NCBI GenBank assembly: GCA_965644315.1
Contig: CBFFRQ010000062.1
Location: 310,001 to 374,000 of the forward strand
Direction: 5' to 3'
DNA length: 64,000 nucleotides
Source of the DNA: Caecitellus pseudoparvulus
Lineage: Eukaryota; Protista; Bigyra: Bicosoecida
This document shows, one piece after another, positions 26,301 to 39,566 of the stretch (position 1 is its first letter; each line of letters opens with the position of its first letter). The position numbers and the translations under genes are program-made. The notes beneath the pieces are model-generated. The model was not told the DNA's origin, did not search any database, and saw only the letters and a program-made list of their open reading frames with translations.

Positions 26301-29300
26301 GTGTACCCACGAGCATCCCTGGATTTGGCGCTGCCAGCCTTTGCATCAAGGTTTCTGCACTCTGTTGAGGTGTTCGGCTCTTTGGCTCACGATGGAGCCC
26401 GCGAGATGGTGGTTTGTGTTAGTCCATTTGCCAACTCGGCAGAATGGGAAGCGCACGCAGCATGGGAAGCCGAGAGCAGAGCTACACCTGCGACGGCCAT
26501 GCGGCAATGGAGTGCTGGCAAGCGCCTTCGCGTTCCCCGCATCAAGGGTTGGGCCCCTGCCCTCATGCACTGCGAGATCCTTGCCCTCCTCGGTACCTGC
26601 CTGGTCTCGCCTCCTCCAGTCCAGTGGGGAGCCCTGACTACCACGGCCCCGTTGCCTGTGCCTGTCAAGCGAGTCCGAATCGGGCTCTTGCTTCCTGCTT
26701 CTGCGGCATGCACAGTGCAGGTCCAGCCAGTGAGGCTTTGCACATTTGGGGGGGGGGCGCAAGCACATCCCCAACGTGCCCCGGTGACAGGCTCGGCAGC
26801 TCATTCAGTGCAGGTACTTCGAAGAGCTGCCTCCTTATGCCATGGAATAACCAAGACTCTCTCAGAAAGCTTGGTGTCCGACACTTCTGAATCGGCAGCG
26901 TTGCTGAGGTTATCTTTGGACTGTATGGGGGAAGTCGTCGCCCTTGTCAAGGCGAGCTTGAAGACCGGGCCACCACCACTCGCAACATGTGATGCTTTGG
27001 CTCACCTCGCAAGCAGCATTTCTCAGGCTTATGGGTCATTTGGAAGGACTGTGCCAGGTGACCTCCAACAGTATTCACTGACCTTGCTGCAGGCGTGCCT
27101 GGACTGTTTGTCCAACCGGGGCCGCCTTGATGAGGCAGGCGCCGCCGTCGCTGGTCTGTGCTGCGCATTCTCCGCGCTGAGTCGCGCCGCAGGCCCAGCG
27201 AATGCCACCACAGTAGTGTCTTCTGCACTTCATTGCATCCTCTCCATGTCTGGGCGGAGCGACCGCTCGGAAGTGGCAGCTGTTGAGCCAAGCGCGACAA
27301 GCGACGTGGTCGACTTAGGCGTCGGGCAGGAGTCACTGCACCCGCTGCAGCTGGGCTCTGCAGCATCAGCCCTGCTGAGAAGGCTGTGCGAGTTGTGCTC
27401 CTTCTCCGGGGACTTCATGACGGCACACCTTGCTTGGGCCTCGCACGCTCTGCAGCACACCAGTGCTGATCCAACTGCTGCGGAGCTTGCCTTGCTTGGA
27501 CTGCAAGCTGTGTTCAGTGGGAGTGTTGGGGAAGGGGAAGTGTTGCTGGGCGACAGAGTTGAAGTCCTGCCCCTTGTTTCCTCCGCTCTTGCCGCTGAGC
27601 TCGCGGTGCAGGCGCAACAAGTTTGGATTGCAGGTGCACGCCAGCAAGCAGCCCAAGCACCGACTGCCTGCAGTGGAATGGTCGTTGCAGGCAAGAAAGG
27701 GAAGACTTTTTCCCTTGACGAGCTTCTGCCTGCGGCGGTCTGCTCAGACAGACGAGGGTGGGAAAGCCAGCCTGTGCAGCTTCAGGGCAGCGTGCTGGGC
27801 AGCGTGCATGGCTCCACGTACTGCCGCGTTGTCATTCAGGTGCACGCTTCCGCAGAGCCGAAGCTGCCTCTGCCTACCCTGGTGCCCCGACGGTTCCTGA
27901 GAACTCCGCCACTCGTCCCATGCCTTGGGCAGCAGCACCAGGCAGTGCAAGAAGACTGCCTTGTTCGTGTTCTGCAGTTGGCCTGCGATGGGAAGGAGAA
28001 GGTCCCTGCGAGCTTGAGGCTTCTCGCTGCGCGCTGCGCAGCTGTGGTGGCAGACTCGGACTTGCCCCAGGCCCAAGCTGCTCTATCGTGTGTGCTGAAG
28101 AAACACACACACCTTGCTGTGAAGCTGGCCTCCACTGTAGAGGAAGAAGCGATCTCAAGTACCACACCGCTCTCAGATTTGGCAACTGTGGAACAAGCTG
28201 CGAGTGAGCCTGGGGGGCGGTGTGCTTCTTCTTCCAGACAGGCTGTTCTTCAGCATGTTGGTGCAGAATCGGACGAAGCCGAGCCTGCAAACTCGGTGAC
28301 CAGGGAAGCCGCCCTTTTGCTTCGTATTGACAGCACTCGTGTCTCTAGTTCCCAACACGAATACTCCACAGTGTCGCTGACTTTGGGTGTTGGCAGTGCG
28401 AGTCAGGAGTCGAGGGCTATGACGACGCCCCTAGTTGAAGTGTCTGCTTATGTGCAAGGCATGTCACGCATTCTGCATACTGCCCCCGGCAGTGACTTGC
28501 CCGTCTGTGTTGCGCGGAGCGACTACGATGTGCTGGGAACGGTCGCTGGCTCTGCCGTGCTGCTAGAGGTGTGCAGCCCGAGCCCGACCAGCACTCCACA
28601 CTGCTCCCCTGACTCATGGGCACAGAGTGTCGTTGCACAGGCCCGAGGATTGCTGGCCCAAGGCGCTGAGCTGGTGGTGCTATCGGTGCTGCAGGATGAC
28701 CTGGGGTCGTTGCACCCGCACTGGTGCAGAGATGCTCTTGCTGAGCTTTTCCTGGCACAGCGTTCACCTTCTCACTCCGCTGCATCTGTCACCCGCGAGA
28801 GCAAAGGCGCATATAGCCCATCAGAATCTCAGGGATCCATGCTACTCGTGTCTGGGGCGGATTCTATTGCTGTGCAGGGTGCAACACTTGATCTGGATGA
28901 GTGGGCCGCGAGGCTAAGCGTTGGCTCTCGAGTTGACGCACAGCTTCCTTTGACAGGATCATGGGCAAAGGGTACGGTGATCACTTGCGCGCCACCCCCA
29001 TTCTCTCATTGGTACCGCGTCGCATTCGATGCGCTTGGCTATGAGTCGGCAAGGTGGATTCCATGGGAAGGTGCGGCAGGCGCCATCTCACGAGGAGCGC
29101 CCCACCTCTCCAGCGCGAGAAGTCACAGCACTGTGCCACTCCCCCCCACCCCCACGGGGGCAGGGGGTGAGCGCTCGAGCTCAACTGTGTGGGGGCCCCA
29201 ACAAATGGCTCCTGTCGGTTGGGTCACCGGGGACATTTCCCTTGTGGACCCGCGTGCAGTGTTGCAAGGCCTCGGATGTGAAGGAGACAGCCACCCACAG

Positions 29301-32300
29301 CCTGACCCTGCTTCCCTTGCAGCTGCAGCTCCTGGTGCCCCCTTCCTTGCAGTGCAGCCCTTGCTTCCACTGCACTGGACGAGAGCGCTCAGCGCGGCAG
29401 GGGCCAATCACCTCGCAGCAGCAAGTGGAGGTGAGTCAGCTGAAGCCGACATGCGAAGCCCACTGATTGCCACAGTGTACAGTACATACTATGCAGATGA
29501 GCACAACGTTGGGTCTTCAGTCACTGGGCGCGCGGGGGGTGCTGCCATGGCCTCGGTGCGGTGGGCTTCGGAGCTGGCTCCGACGTGCACGGCAACGTAC
29601 GCTCAGGCTTCCTGCCCAGCCCTGACCGTGCTGGGGGATGGCAGCCACCTCCTTCATTCTCATGTACTGGTGGCCCGGTCAGCGGCGGCCATCATGGAGG
29701 CTGGACTTCGGTGGCGAAAGAGCCTGAGCCGGGGCGACCTAGTTTCTGCATGTGACATGCATCGGAAGTGGTTCGAAGCTGTGGTACTGGGTGTGAATCA
29801 AGGGGTGGCGCGAGTTCGCTACCTTGGCTGGTCTCCACGATCCGAGCCTGGCAAGTACGACGAGGGCGTGTCCGTCCGTAGCCCAAGGCTGTTGCCGTAC
29901 ACGTGCAAGGTGCACGACTGGCGGAGGGCCCAAGTGGGAGACGAAGTTGAGACCCGTGATGATCGCACGGTTAACCACAGCGTAATCACGGGCATTGACC
30001 GGCAACGGTCATGTGTCTCCATCATGGATGCACCTGGCCTGTGGGTTGGCCTGGGAAACTACTACGAAATTGCTTCCTTTGCCACGCACAAGAGACCCAG
30101 GCTATGGGCTGCGATCGACGCCGAGCCGCTGCGTCCTTTGCCAACCCAAGCGACGGACCGCCAAGACCGGCATGACATCCATTCTCCTTACGTGAAGTTT
30201 TTGTGGCACCGGCCAAGTGTGGAGGACATTGTGACTCTGTTCACACGCCATGGATTGCGCGAAGCCCCCCTTGAGCCCGAACCCGCCGCTACCCCCCGTC
30301 TCAGCAGCTCTCCTTCACAAAGCGAAAGCTTGACAGCGGCACGGCACCATGAGCCCCCAGCCCCTTGCGACACAGATGGGGACGGAAGGGACTTTCATGC
30401 TGGAGTTCTAGACAGCATCACGTCTGCGACGCTTGGGGGCATGATCCAACACGCGCTTGCCGCCGAGGCAGAAGCCGCACTTTCGCAGATGGCGAATCCG
30501 GGCATGGCCGCAGATTGGCAGGCTGTGTCTGCGCTGTGGAGTCGTGCTGTGGGGGCCATCTCGTCTGCATATGCTGCTGAGCACGCTGGAGGGGCAGCCG
30601 CCCCTGAATCTATTGAGGAACCCCAAGCCATGTCTGTGGAGGGCTCGCTGTTCCAGCGAGCCATTTCTCTCGATGCAACTGCCATTCCTGAAGAAGACCT
30701 TCAAAGCGTCATCTCCGCAGCTTGCGCGAAGCTACCAGATGCACTGCCTCGAGATGTCGCAGCTGCCGCTGCCGGTTGGGCGAAGGTGCAGCTAGCAACG
30801 ATCCGAGTTGACGTGCCGTGGGGTGGACACTGGTCTGACTCTGCGCCAGCACGGCACCGGCTGGCATGTCACTGCAGGCAGCTGCTGTCAGCTGTCTGGC
30901 CCCGCTTGCAGTTGGGGCGGCAGCTTCCGCTGTTCCCGATCCCAGCACAACAGCCGGCCAGCCCCGTGCCGCCTAGCGAAAGGGAGCCCTCCCCACGCAC
31001 AGAGGCCCCCACCCCTCAGCACGCCGCACTCACCGCTTGGCGGAATGTCCTCTCATTGCTGCAGGAGGAATCGGTGGCCGGATCGACTCCAGCACATGCA
31101 GCCTGGGCCGGCCTGCCTGCCCAAGCGTCGCCCATTGATGTGCTTCAAGCCTTGCTTCGTCGCCTAGGAAGCTCCAGTGACGCGAGTACCCTGGGCGCAG
31201 CACTGCCCCGCCACGTGTCAGCACAGCCGTGTGGGGGGGTGAGCAGGCTGACTTCATGGGGCGCCGGTTGCCAATACGTGACCCTCGGCAGTGCATCTGA
31301 GGCGGTGACATTTACTTGCTGGATCAAGCTTCCTGAGAGCGGGGTGGGCATGGGCGGAGTGCTGGCGTTCCAACCACCATTGCCTGATGCAGCCTTCATG
31401 CACCCACTGCCGCGTGGAACCCATGCCCAGGTCAAATACTCTGGCTCAACCTGGTACATGGGGGCTGTGGGGCAGGACAGTGAAGGCCCAACAGTAGACC
31501 CTGCAACGCAGCCATGCGATGCTGCCACCCTCAATCGCTTGGCAGAGCAAGGCTACTCTGTGTTGTACGAGGATGGCGACCGCAGCGTGGGCATGAACTG
31601 GAACCGGGTGCGACCTCGCCCAGCTGCTAGACAGAGCTTCGCGCTTTGTGTGCTGGCTGATGGGAGACTGCGTGCATCATTGGATGTGTACCTCACGAAT
31701 TACGAGCGCTGCCTGCAGCGCCTGCCTGTGGACGGGTCAGGATCAGAGGGGGTGCTGCACCCTGCTGACTCGGTGGCCCCTGTGCCAGCGTTCTTCCGGC
31801 AAGTGACGTCTTATGCCGCCCCCTGTAGTCGCGCCTCTCCAGTCCCACACTCGCCACTGCCGCCTGCCCCCCTCCCGACACGCTTGGACCCTTCCGTCAT
31901 CACGAGTGACACTGTCACAAGCGGAGCTCCGCTACCCCTGGGGAGCTGGGTTCATGTCTCGACGAGCGTGGGCGGGGGCATGCTGAGCATGACGATCAAT
32001 GGCAGTATTGTCGGGGCATGTGAGGTGGACTCACACCCGCGGTCTGGAGGTGTGTGGATCAACGGTGTCGCAACAGGTGCGGGACTGCCGGGAAGCCCTG
32101 CTTCCCAAGCAGGGCACTGCCTGTCTCTGGAACAGGGCGAAGGTAGAGCAGCAAGTTGTGGAACTTTGCAAGTTCCTGGCGTCGATCCGGCTCTGCCGGT
32201 GCCGAACTTTGAACCGGGGGTGGATGGCTACTTGGCGGCCGCCCGGGTGTACGGCGGCACACTGCATCAAGCGGGCATTGTAGCGGACCTTCTGCTAGGC

Positions 32301-35300
32301 GCTGCCGCTGCTGCTGGACAAGTGAAGCCAGCTGCGAATGATGCTGACACTGCTGTCATGTGGTGCGACACGGCTACTTCGACTGCCGCCTCCTGGCAAG
32401 ACGCACTGCAGCAGCCAACAGAGAATCCCCACGCTCAAGCGCGCGTTGATCAACTCCAGGCACAGGACACTGATGGTCCTGGTGCTGTGGTGCATGGATT
32501 GGCACCTCGCTTGCACTCTGCTGTGACAACCCACTTGGCATCACAGCACCAGGCTTCTGCCATGCGGCCAAGGCTCCAAGGTGCGGTTGAGCGGGAACCC
32601 CAAGCGCCTCCTGTACGCACTGAAAGTGCGAGCCCCGTCTCCGACGGCAGCAGCAGCCAAGGCAGCCACAGCAGCGATGGGCCCGTGGACGCTGCGCTGG
32701 CTGGATTTGCTCAGGCATGGCTGCAGCGACCGCCCGCCCGGGCAGAAGGGCAGCTTTCCCATCAGGGCTCTGGAAGGGCGGTGTTTGTGCCGACACCCGC
32801 GAGGAGGAGCAACCGCTCTGCGCGTTCATCAGCCCGCACGACCCCAGAGCAAGGCAGCCCTTCTGAGGAATCGCCCCAGGGCCCCTGCACTCTGCCTGAG
32901 GAACAACACCAAGTCCCCCGGGGGGACTCTGTGTCAACCTTTTCTTCAGAATCTCGAGGGGAGGGTGAGAATGCCCCAGGCTGGCTCCTACAGCAGGCGT
33001 GGTGCAGCTGCCTGCAGCTGCTTGCATCTCGCAGCGCCTTCCAGTCGTGGTGGGGCGACTCCGCCCAGGATGCTTTGTCGCTGTCTGCGCAACCATGGAT
33101 CGGGTCGGCAGCCTTGAGCCCTTCGTGTACAGGCCCAGCCCCCAGCAGGGGAGGCCTAAGGGAACTGGCGGGCTTGCCGATGTACAGCCTGGCCGCTGGG
33201 CGCCGGGATGCGCCAGGCAGGCCTGCAGTGGTTCCCACGTCAGCAGGTGGGGGAAGCAGCTTGACAGTAGCAGCCTTGCGCATCTTGCTCCAGCCAGGAG
33301 CGCCCGTAGTTCTGGACTTGTATGGGAGACAGGTGTCTGGTGTGTTGCTCTCTGAATTCGACCGGGAGCAGAAGTTCGTCGTGCGCACCACGGGGCTGCA
33401 CTGCCCGCCGCTTCCCAGACCCAGCGCAGCAGCTCAAGCGACTAACTTGCCGCATGCTGCGCTGCCTTCAGAAGTGGCCCCATCAAAGGTCATGACCTTT
33501 CCCTTGGCCACAGCCGTAGGTCTGGGTGGCTGGCCTAGCTGCACAAGCGGCTCTGCGCCAGATGGCGGCCCAGGAGAAGCAGGTGACGACTCCGGCATCG
33601 CACGTGCACTGCAAGACTTGGTGAGTGGCAGTGCACATGCCTGGACACCGCTGTGGAGTTCATCTGTGGTCTTAACGAGAGCCGGAGCTGCACCGGTGGC
33701 TGTCAGCGGACCTGGGAGTCCCCAGCGGCCAGCACGCAGTCCCGGCGTGGGCCACACAGCGACAGCATCCGTCGTTTTGACCCCTCTGAGTGGGGGTGGT
33801 ACATCCATCCATGAGGCGACCCCCCAGAGTGCCGCGTCCCATGCCCCCTCACCTTTGGACCCCTTCGGCTCAGTTGAATTGCCTAGGCACGCACAGCTTG
33901 AACCAAGCGCAGCGGACCTAGCTTCAAGTAGCGCGCACTTGCTGGGGGCCCGGGTGGTGGCAGAGACGCAGAATATGCAAGTGTGGGCGAGCTGGGCCGT
34001 GCTTGTGCAAGCCCTTGTGGCTTTGTCTGGTTCTGGTCGACCAGGTGCATCAGAACTGCCCTTAAGCCAGCAGCAGGTGTTGGCTGCGGTGTACGGAAGC
34101 AGAGCAGCAGCCTCGCACTGTGCAGCGAGCGCGCAGTCTGCAGGGATGAGTGGCTCTGCCCTGAAGGGAGACGACGAGCTTGTACCCCTTGCGCACCTTC
34201 TCCAGCGAAGACTGCTCGGGCAGGCTCTCGTTCCTCTCGGCAAGCTCCGGCAACCACAGGTTCAGTGGGTGACAGCATCGTTGAACGTGTTGCTGGAGGA
34301 CCAAGTACGCAATAGCTCCGACAGTCCAGCGCTGCCTTCTTCGCTCTTCGGGCGGTACATCGCCGGCTTCCTGAAGGCAGCACTGGCGCATCAAGAGGTG
34401 GCCTTGCACGTTGTGCGCCGAGCCAGCTCGGATGCCAGCGTTGCCCCCCTTGTACGAGCCATGCCGGTGAATGTGCAGAGGGCGAGCATGGCTGCGCTGG
34501 AGCCCAGTGAGTGGTCTAGTCTGGCCTCGGTCGTGCTGCAGCAGAAGCCGAACCCACGCTCGTGTGCGTCGGCATGCCAGCTGGTCAGCACCACACCCCT
34601 CACTCTCTCCATATCCACATTGGAGGTACTGGCGCTGCTTGTGCCGCGGGCATTCACGGCACCAGCGGCCTGTCTGCCCCCTTCCCACAAGCAGCGTGCT
34701 GCATGCCGTCTTGCCGCTGTGCTCGAACGCTGCCCGGAGTTTGTGCAAGGGTCGCCTCATGATCGTCGGTGCCGCAGCGTACTTCAACTCTGCTCGGCAG
34801 TGGAGCCCATGGCTGCCGCTGTGCACTCCAGAGTTGCACTGGAGCTGCAGCAGTGTGCTGCCTCTGGCCACGCACGCGTCTTGACCCTCCCTGACCCACC
34901 AGAGACACAAGTCAGCTCAGTACCCACACATGGTGCCCCCCGGGCCAGGGCGCAAGCGGTAGAGTTGGTAGTGAGAGGGGTGGCGCTGCGCACTTCACGA
35001 CAGGGCCGGCCCAGTCTGCCACGCCAGCGCCGCAGGGCAGAAGTGGCAGGCAACGAGTCTGTGGACGACATGGTGGCCCGCCTGCTTGCAACGTCGCACG
35101 ATGGGCTGTCGTGGGCTGAGGGAGGGGGAGCACACGCAGCAGAGCAAAGACACACAGTGGCCATCTCGCAGCGAATGCCTGAGCGTCCACAGGCCAGCAT
35201 GGCACAGTCTCGCCCGGCGGCAGTGCCGTCCAGGGAGCGCGTGGCGCCCCGTGTGCTGGAGGCGTTCGTGCTTGGTCTGGAGGGGCAGGAGAGCCTGCTT

Positions 35301-38300
35301 GGTCCTGCCATGGGGGAGGCACAGTGGTTGCTGGGGCAATGCTCTGGGCAAGTGTTGACCACGGAACGTGGAGGGTATGTGGGACGTTTAGAGGCCACGC
35401 CGTGCCCGGAGAGCTTGGAGACGGCTCTTCGTGAGGTGCTGGCCGCCGAGGACCTGCCGAGGCACCTCACGCAGCCAGGCGCGCACCGGTTTGGCTTTTT
35501 CCCAGCGGCTGTGCGCGTGCAGGCCAACAGGGCGCCCCCCCTGGCAGCCTTGCCCAACTTGGCCACGGACAGCAAGGAGGAGGAGGCGGAGGGCGGGGCG
35601 GCGGCAGAAGGTGACCTTAGCCGACGCGCCTTGCCCCGGGGCCTCCTCCCCTCCGAGTCGAAATCGTCCCAGCCCGAGGAAGGCGTGTCTGGGAGGGCGA
35701 TCCACACAGTGGCGGTATCCCGGGACGATGCAGGTGGGCATGGCGAGCAGGCGCTGGAGCAGGTCGGTGATGGTGAAGCTGGGGTGTGGGACAGCGCCTC
35801 GTGGTTCTTTGGGCCAGCTCGTGGCAGGCTGCCCTCGGTTGTACCCGCAGCAGGCAAGCATGCATTCTCGGGTGCTCTGACTGTGCTCGCTGATGCTGTG
35901 AACCCAGTTCCCGCGCCAGACACCCCAGGCACGGACCTGCAGCCTGGTGCGCTGTGGCTGCCCACCGCAGCCACTCTGGACGGCGCCCGTGCAGCTCTGT
36001 CGCCAACGACAGCCCTGCTCCTGCGCTGCGTGGTCGCGATGAACGACGCGACAAGAGCTGCACGTGCTGCTCTGACTGATGTGCTGGCGCCCATGGCTGT
36101 AGCCTCAAGCGACGGCCTTGTGGAGTCCGCACAGCTCCCATCAACGGTGCCCCAAGCCACGATCGTGGAAGGGACCTTGCGGAAGGTTGAAAGCATGGCA
36201 GTGCACATGGTTGCAGCAACGGCCACTGCTCGATTGAGCGCGCAAGGCGTGGCTGATGTGGGGGGTGGGGAAAGCATGCCGGCGCTGCCGGCGCAAGTGA
36301 GTGCAGTGCATACCCACACTGCGGCCCCCGCCCCCTCTGGCCTGCCCATTGAACAGGCAACCCCCGGCCCCCCAACGGCAGTTGACTTTACGCCGGTCAA
36401 GGCGCCCGGGGTGTCCGCGGTGGACAGTCACATGCGGCAGCAGGGCCAACCCGGCGGAGCACTCGGCGTGCAGGCCGTCCACGGCGGTCCGGGCTGTCAA
36501 ACAGGCTTGTGGGCACCACAAAGCAGGCCTACGTGCGTGCCCGTGCAAGAAACTGTGGTCACGAGGGCTCTGTCAGAGCTTCAGGCTGTGCTGGTCAGTC
36601 TCTTTGGCCGTGCTGTGGCTGGTGGGCTGGCGAACCGCCTGGGTTTCTTGACACGTGCCGCGGTGCATGTGCTGGACAATGCGGCGGCAGGCTTGACCGC
36701 GGACCTAGCGCCGTCACCGGCAGTGGCCCAAGCGCGCCGCCGAACACCGCTGTCCATGGCACGGAGCTGCCCGGTCGTGTCCTTGGCGCTATGGGAGGGG
36801 CACTTTGAGCCCAGCGCAGTGCGAAGCGCGCTCACCTCCGCCGTCAGTGTCGTGGTCGCGGCTGAGAGCACAGCTGGACAGTCCCTAACCACGGGTGGGA
36901 CCACTGGCGTGGGGGGCGTGGTTCTAGACGTGGAGGGGGGCGACGCCTTCGTGGACGCCACCACTGCGGTGAATGTCCTTGTCGGGGATATGCCCCATGA
37001 GGACGTGCTGTCCCTGCTGCAACGGGTGCAGCGTGCCAATGCCCTCATCGCGATGTGTATGCCGCTGCTGCCGTGGCACTCCAGCGACTCTGGCATTAGC
37101 ACCCTTGTTTCCACTCAGCGAGTGCACGTCCGGCCTTGGGCCCTGCACAGCAGCAGCAGTGGGGACCAGGATGGGCAGGGCAGCCTCATGACCCATGTCC
37201 GGCAAGTGCTGTGCAGCGACCTGCGCCAACGCATGTGGGCACGGGTGCTGCGGCTGAGCCGCACGCCTGCAAAGACTGCTAGCCGCAGTGCCTGGGCTGC
37301 CCGCCTGCTGACTGCGCACGGTGATGGCGCCGCGCTCTCCATAGCCCGTAGCATCGGCTCAGACCACACGGTTTGGGCAGGCGTGTCCCAACGTGCGGCA
37401 GAGCTGGAGAGTGCCCACAGCCTGGCCTTGGCGGCAGTGTGCCAGGCTGCCACAGCCTCTCTCACGCAGGAGGCCTTGGCAGGGTCTGTAGGTGCCGCTG
37501 CCGCGCACGACTGCATGCAGCACTGCCAAGTGGTGGACACTCAGCGCAGCGCGTTAGGCCCTGAGGTTTGGGGAGCGGGGGGCATGTGGGCAGCGGCAGG
37601 GGGCGGCGCTGGCATCCTGTCCGGCCACGGCACGCCACCCGTGCGGGGTTGCCTGGTGCGGGAGGACGACTCTGGGGAGGACGAGGGCGCCATGGACCGC
37701 CACATCCCCTCCTTCCTCCTGAGTGAAGTTGGGGCCAGTGGGGAAGGCGCCACGTGCACGGTGTTCTTGAACCGGTGGAGCAACAGCCCCGAGGCAGATG
37801 GTGAGGAGGGGGGCTCGCAGGCACCATCCTCGCCCACACGCTCAGAAGCCACTGCAACCTCCTCAACTGGCTGGGCGCCGGAGCTGCAGCCCCAGCCGTC
37901 ACCCAGAGCTGATGCGGGGACTCCGCCAGCGGCCGCCTCGTCAGGAGCTGGCGGCGGCAGCCCGCCCCTGCCTGCCACCATTGTCCCCACACCTGCCCAC
38001 CCAGGCCCCTGCCCCCGCTCGTTGCTGTCCAAGGAGTGCATGCGGACGATCTTCTTGCAGATGCTGCAGCAGCTGCACCCCGCCTCACCTGGCACGAGGG
38101 GAGTGGACCCCGTTCGCCTGCGGCAGAGCAGGCGGCCGTGGAGGGTGGACTTCATCGGAGAGGGGGGTCAGGATGTGGGAGGCCTCTTCAACGAGGCCCT
38201 GTCTGCATGCGTGGATGAAGTCATGGACCCAGCTACTTTGCCACTGTTCACGCCCTCCGTCAACGCCGCGGGCAACACCGGCACACACCGGGACTGCCTC

Positions 38301-39245
38301 GTGCCTGTGCCTGGCCTCCTGGCAGAGGGTCAGGCAGGGGCACCACCCGTCGTAAGCCGACTGGCGGTGCGGTGTCTGGAGTTCCTGGGCATGCTTATGG
38401 GCGTAGCAGTGCGGGTGGGCTTTCCTCTGCCGCTGCGCCTCCCCCCCCTCATTTGGCGCCTGCTGCTGGGGCAACCCGTCACCCTCGGCGACGTCGCGTC
38501 AGTGGACGCGAGTTCGGCCGCTGTGATTGCCGGCACGGTCAAGGCCTGTGACATGTCGGGCCCGCTGGACGCCAGCCTTGCCCTTGGCGGCGGACAAGGG
38601 GGTGCTCGGGAACACTTGCACGTGACGTGGACGCTGCCCAGCTCAGGCGCGCACCTTCCGCCTCTCCTTCTGCGGTCTCCACCTGCTGCAGCGGCTGAGG
38701 GTGTTCTGATGCAGGATGCCCAGGCATGGGTGGGTCGCGCCTTGTGTGCCAAGGCGGCAGAGTTCGCACCCGCCGTGGACTGCATCCGGCGTGGGCTTGG
38801 GCAGGTGCTGCCACTGTCCAGCCTGCACATGTGGGACATTCAAGCCTTCGAGAGGGAAGTGTGTGGCCAGGCGACGCTGGATGTCGCCCTGCTCAAGCGC
38901 AACACACAGTACGAGGGGTACACAGCCGATGCCCCTGCCGTGCAACACTTCTGGACAGCTCTGGAGGGCATGTCTGCCGAAGAGCAGTGCAGCGTGCTGC
39001 GTTTCGTGTGGGCTCGGGAGCGCCTGCCGCCCAGTGACGCGGCCTTCACACAGCCCTTCATCCTGGCGCGCTTCTACCGTGATACGCCCGATGCATCCCT
39101 GCCACAGGCGCACTCCTGTTCCTTCCAGCTAGACCTGCCCGAGTACTCATCTCCCCAAGTGCTGCGGAGGCAGTTGCTCCTGGCTGCTGTCAGCTGCATC
39201 GGGTATGACCTTGACGGCGGCGCCCGTGGTGTCGCAGAGGGCTAA
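17320..39245 (+). CDS. Giant HERC-like HECT E3 ubiquitin ligase, ~7284 aa; join(17320..17744,17816..39245)
   Basis: A 71-nt GTGCGT..TTGCAG intron joins the 17320 ORF to the 21.4-kb ORF in phase. C-terminal HECT domain (~38130-39210): FIGEGGQDVGGLFNE, FLGMLMGVAVR, catalytic LPQAHSCSFQLDLPEYSS. HERC-type ERAVVSALLKHAGL region at ~24330-24370. Confidence 0.9.
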
Positions 39246-39566
39246 ACTGCCCGGCATAGGGCAAGGGGGCTCCGAAATGCATGCGTTCTCAGCACAAATC
39301 ATGACGCAGCTGTTCGGCGTTGGTCGAGCAGTGCGGTGTCGGGGGGGGGCACGCCAGGCCTCGTCTCGCAGGACAAACCTGTGTCTGGCAGGACTTGTCG
39401 CCCCATCCGAGCCCTGCGTCAGAATCCTGGTGGGGTCCACGCCTGAGGCCAGCCCCCCCCGTTCAAGTCCTTTCCATGTCCGATGGACAGTGCGCGCTTG
39501 TTGGCAGCGGTGCAAGTGAGGCTGTCATGTCTGCAGTGAAACTGCGAAACGTGCATTCGTAAGACG

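Noticed and set aside
34784-36400. 538-aa minus-strand ORF and the many other overlapping ORFs in the track
   Set aside because: Expected stop-codon scarcity opposite high-GC coding sequence; no independent coding signal.
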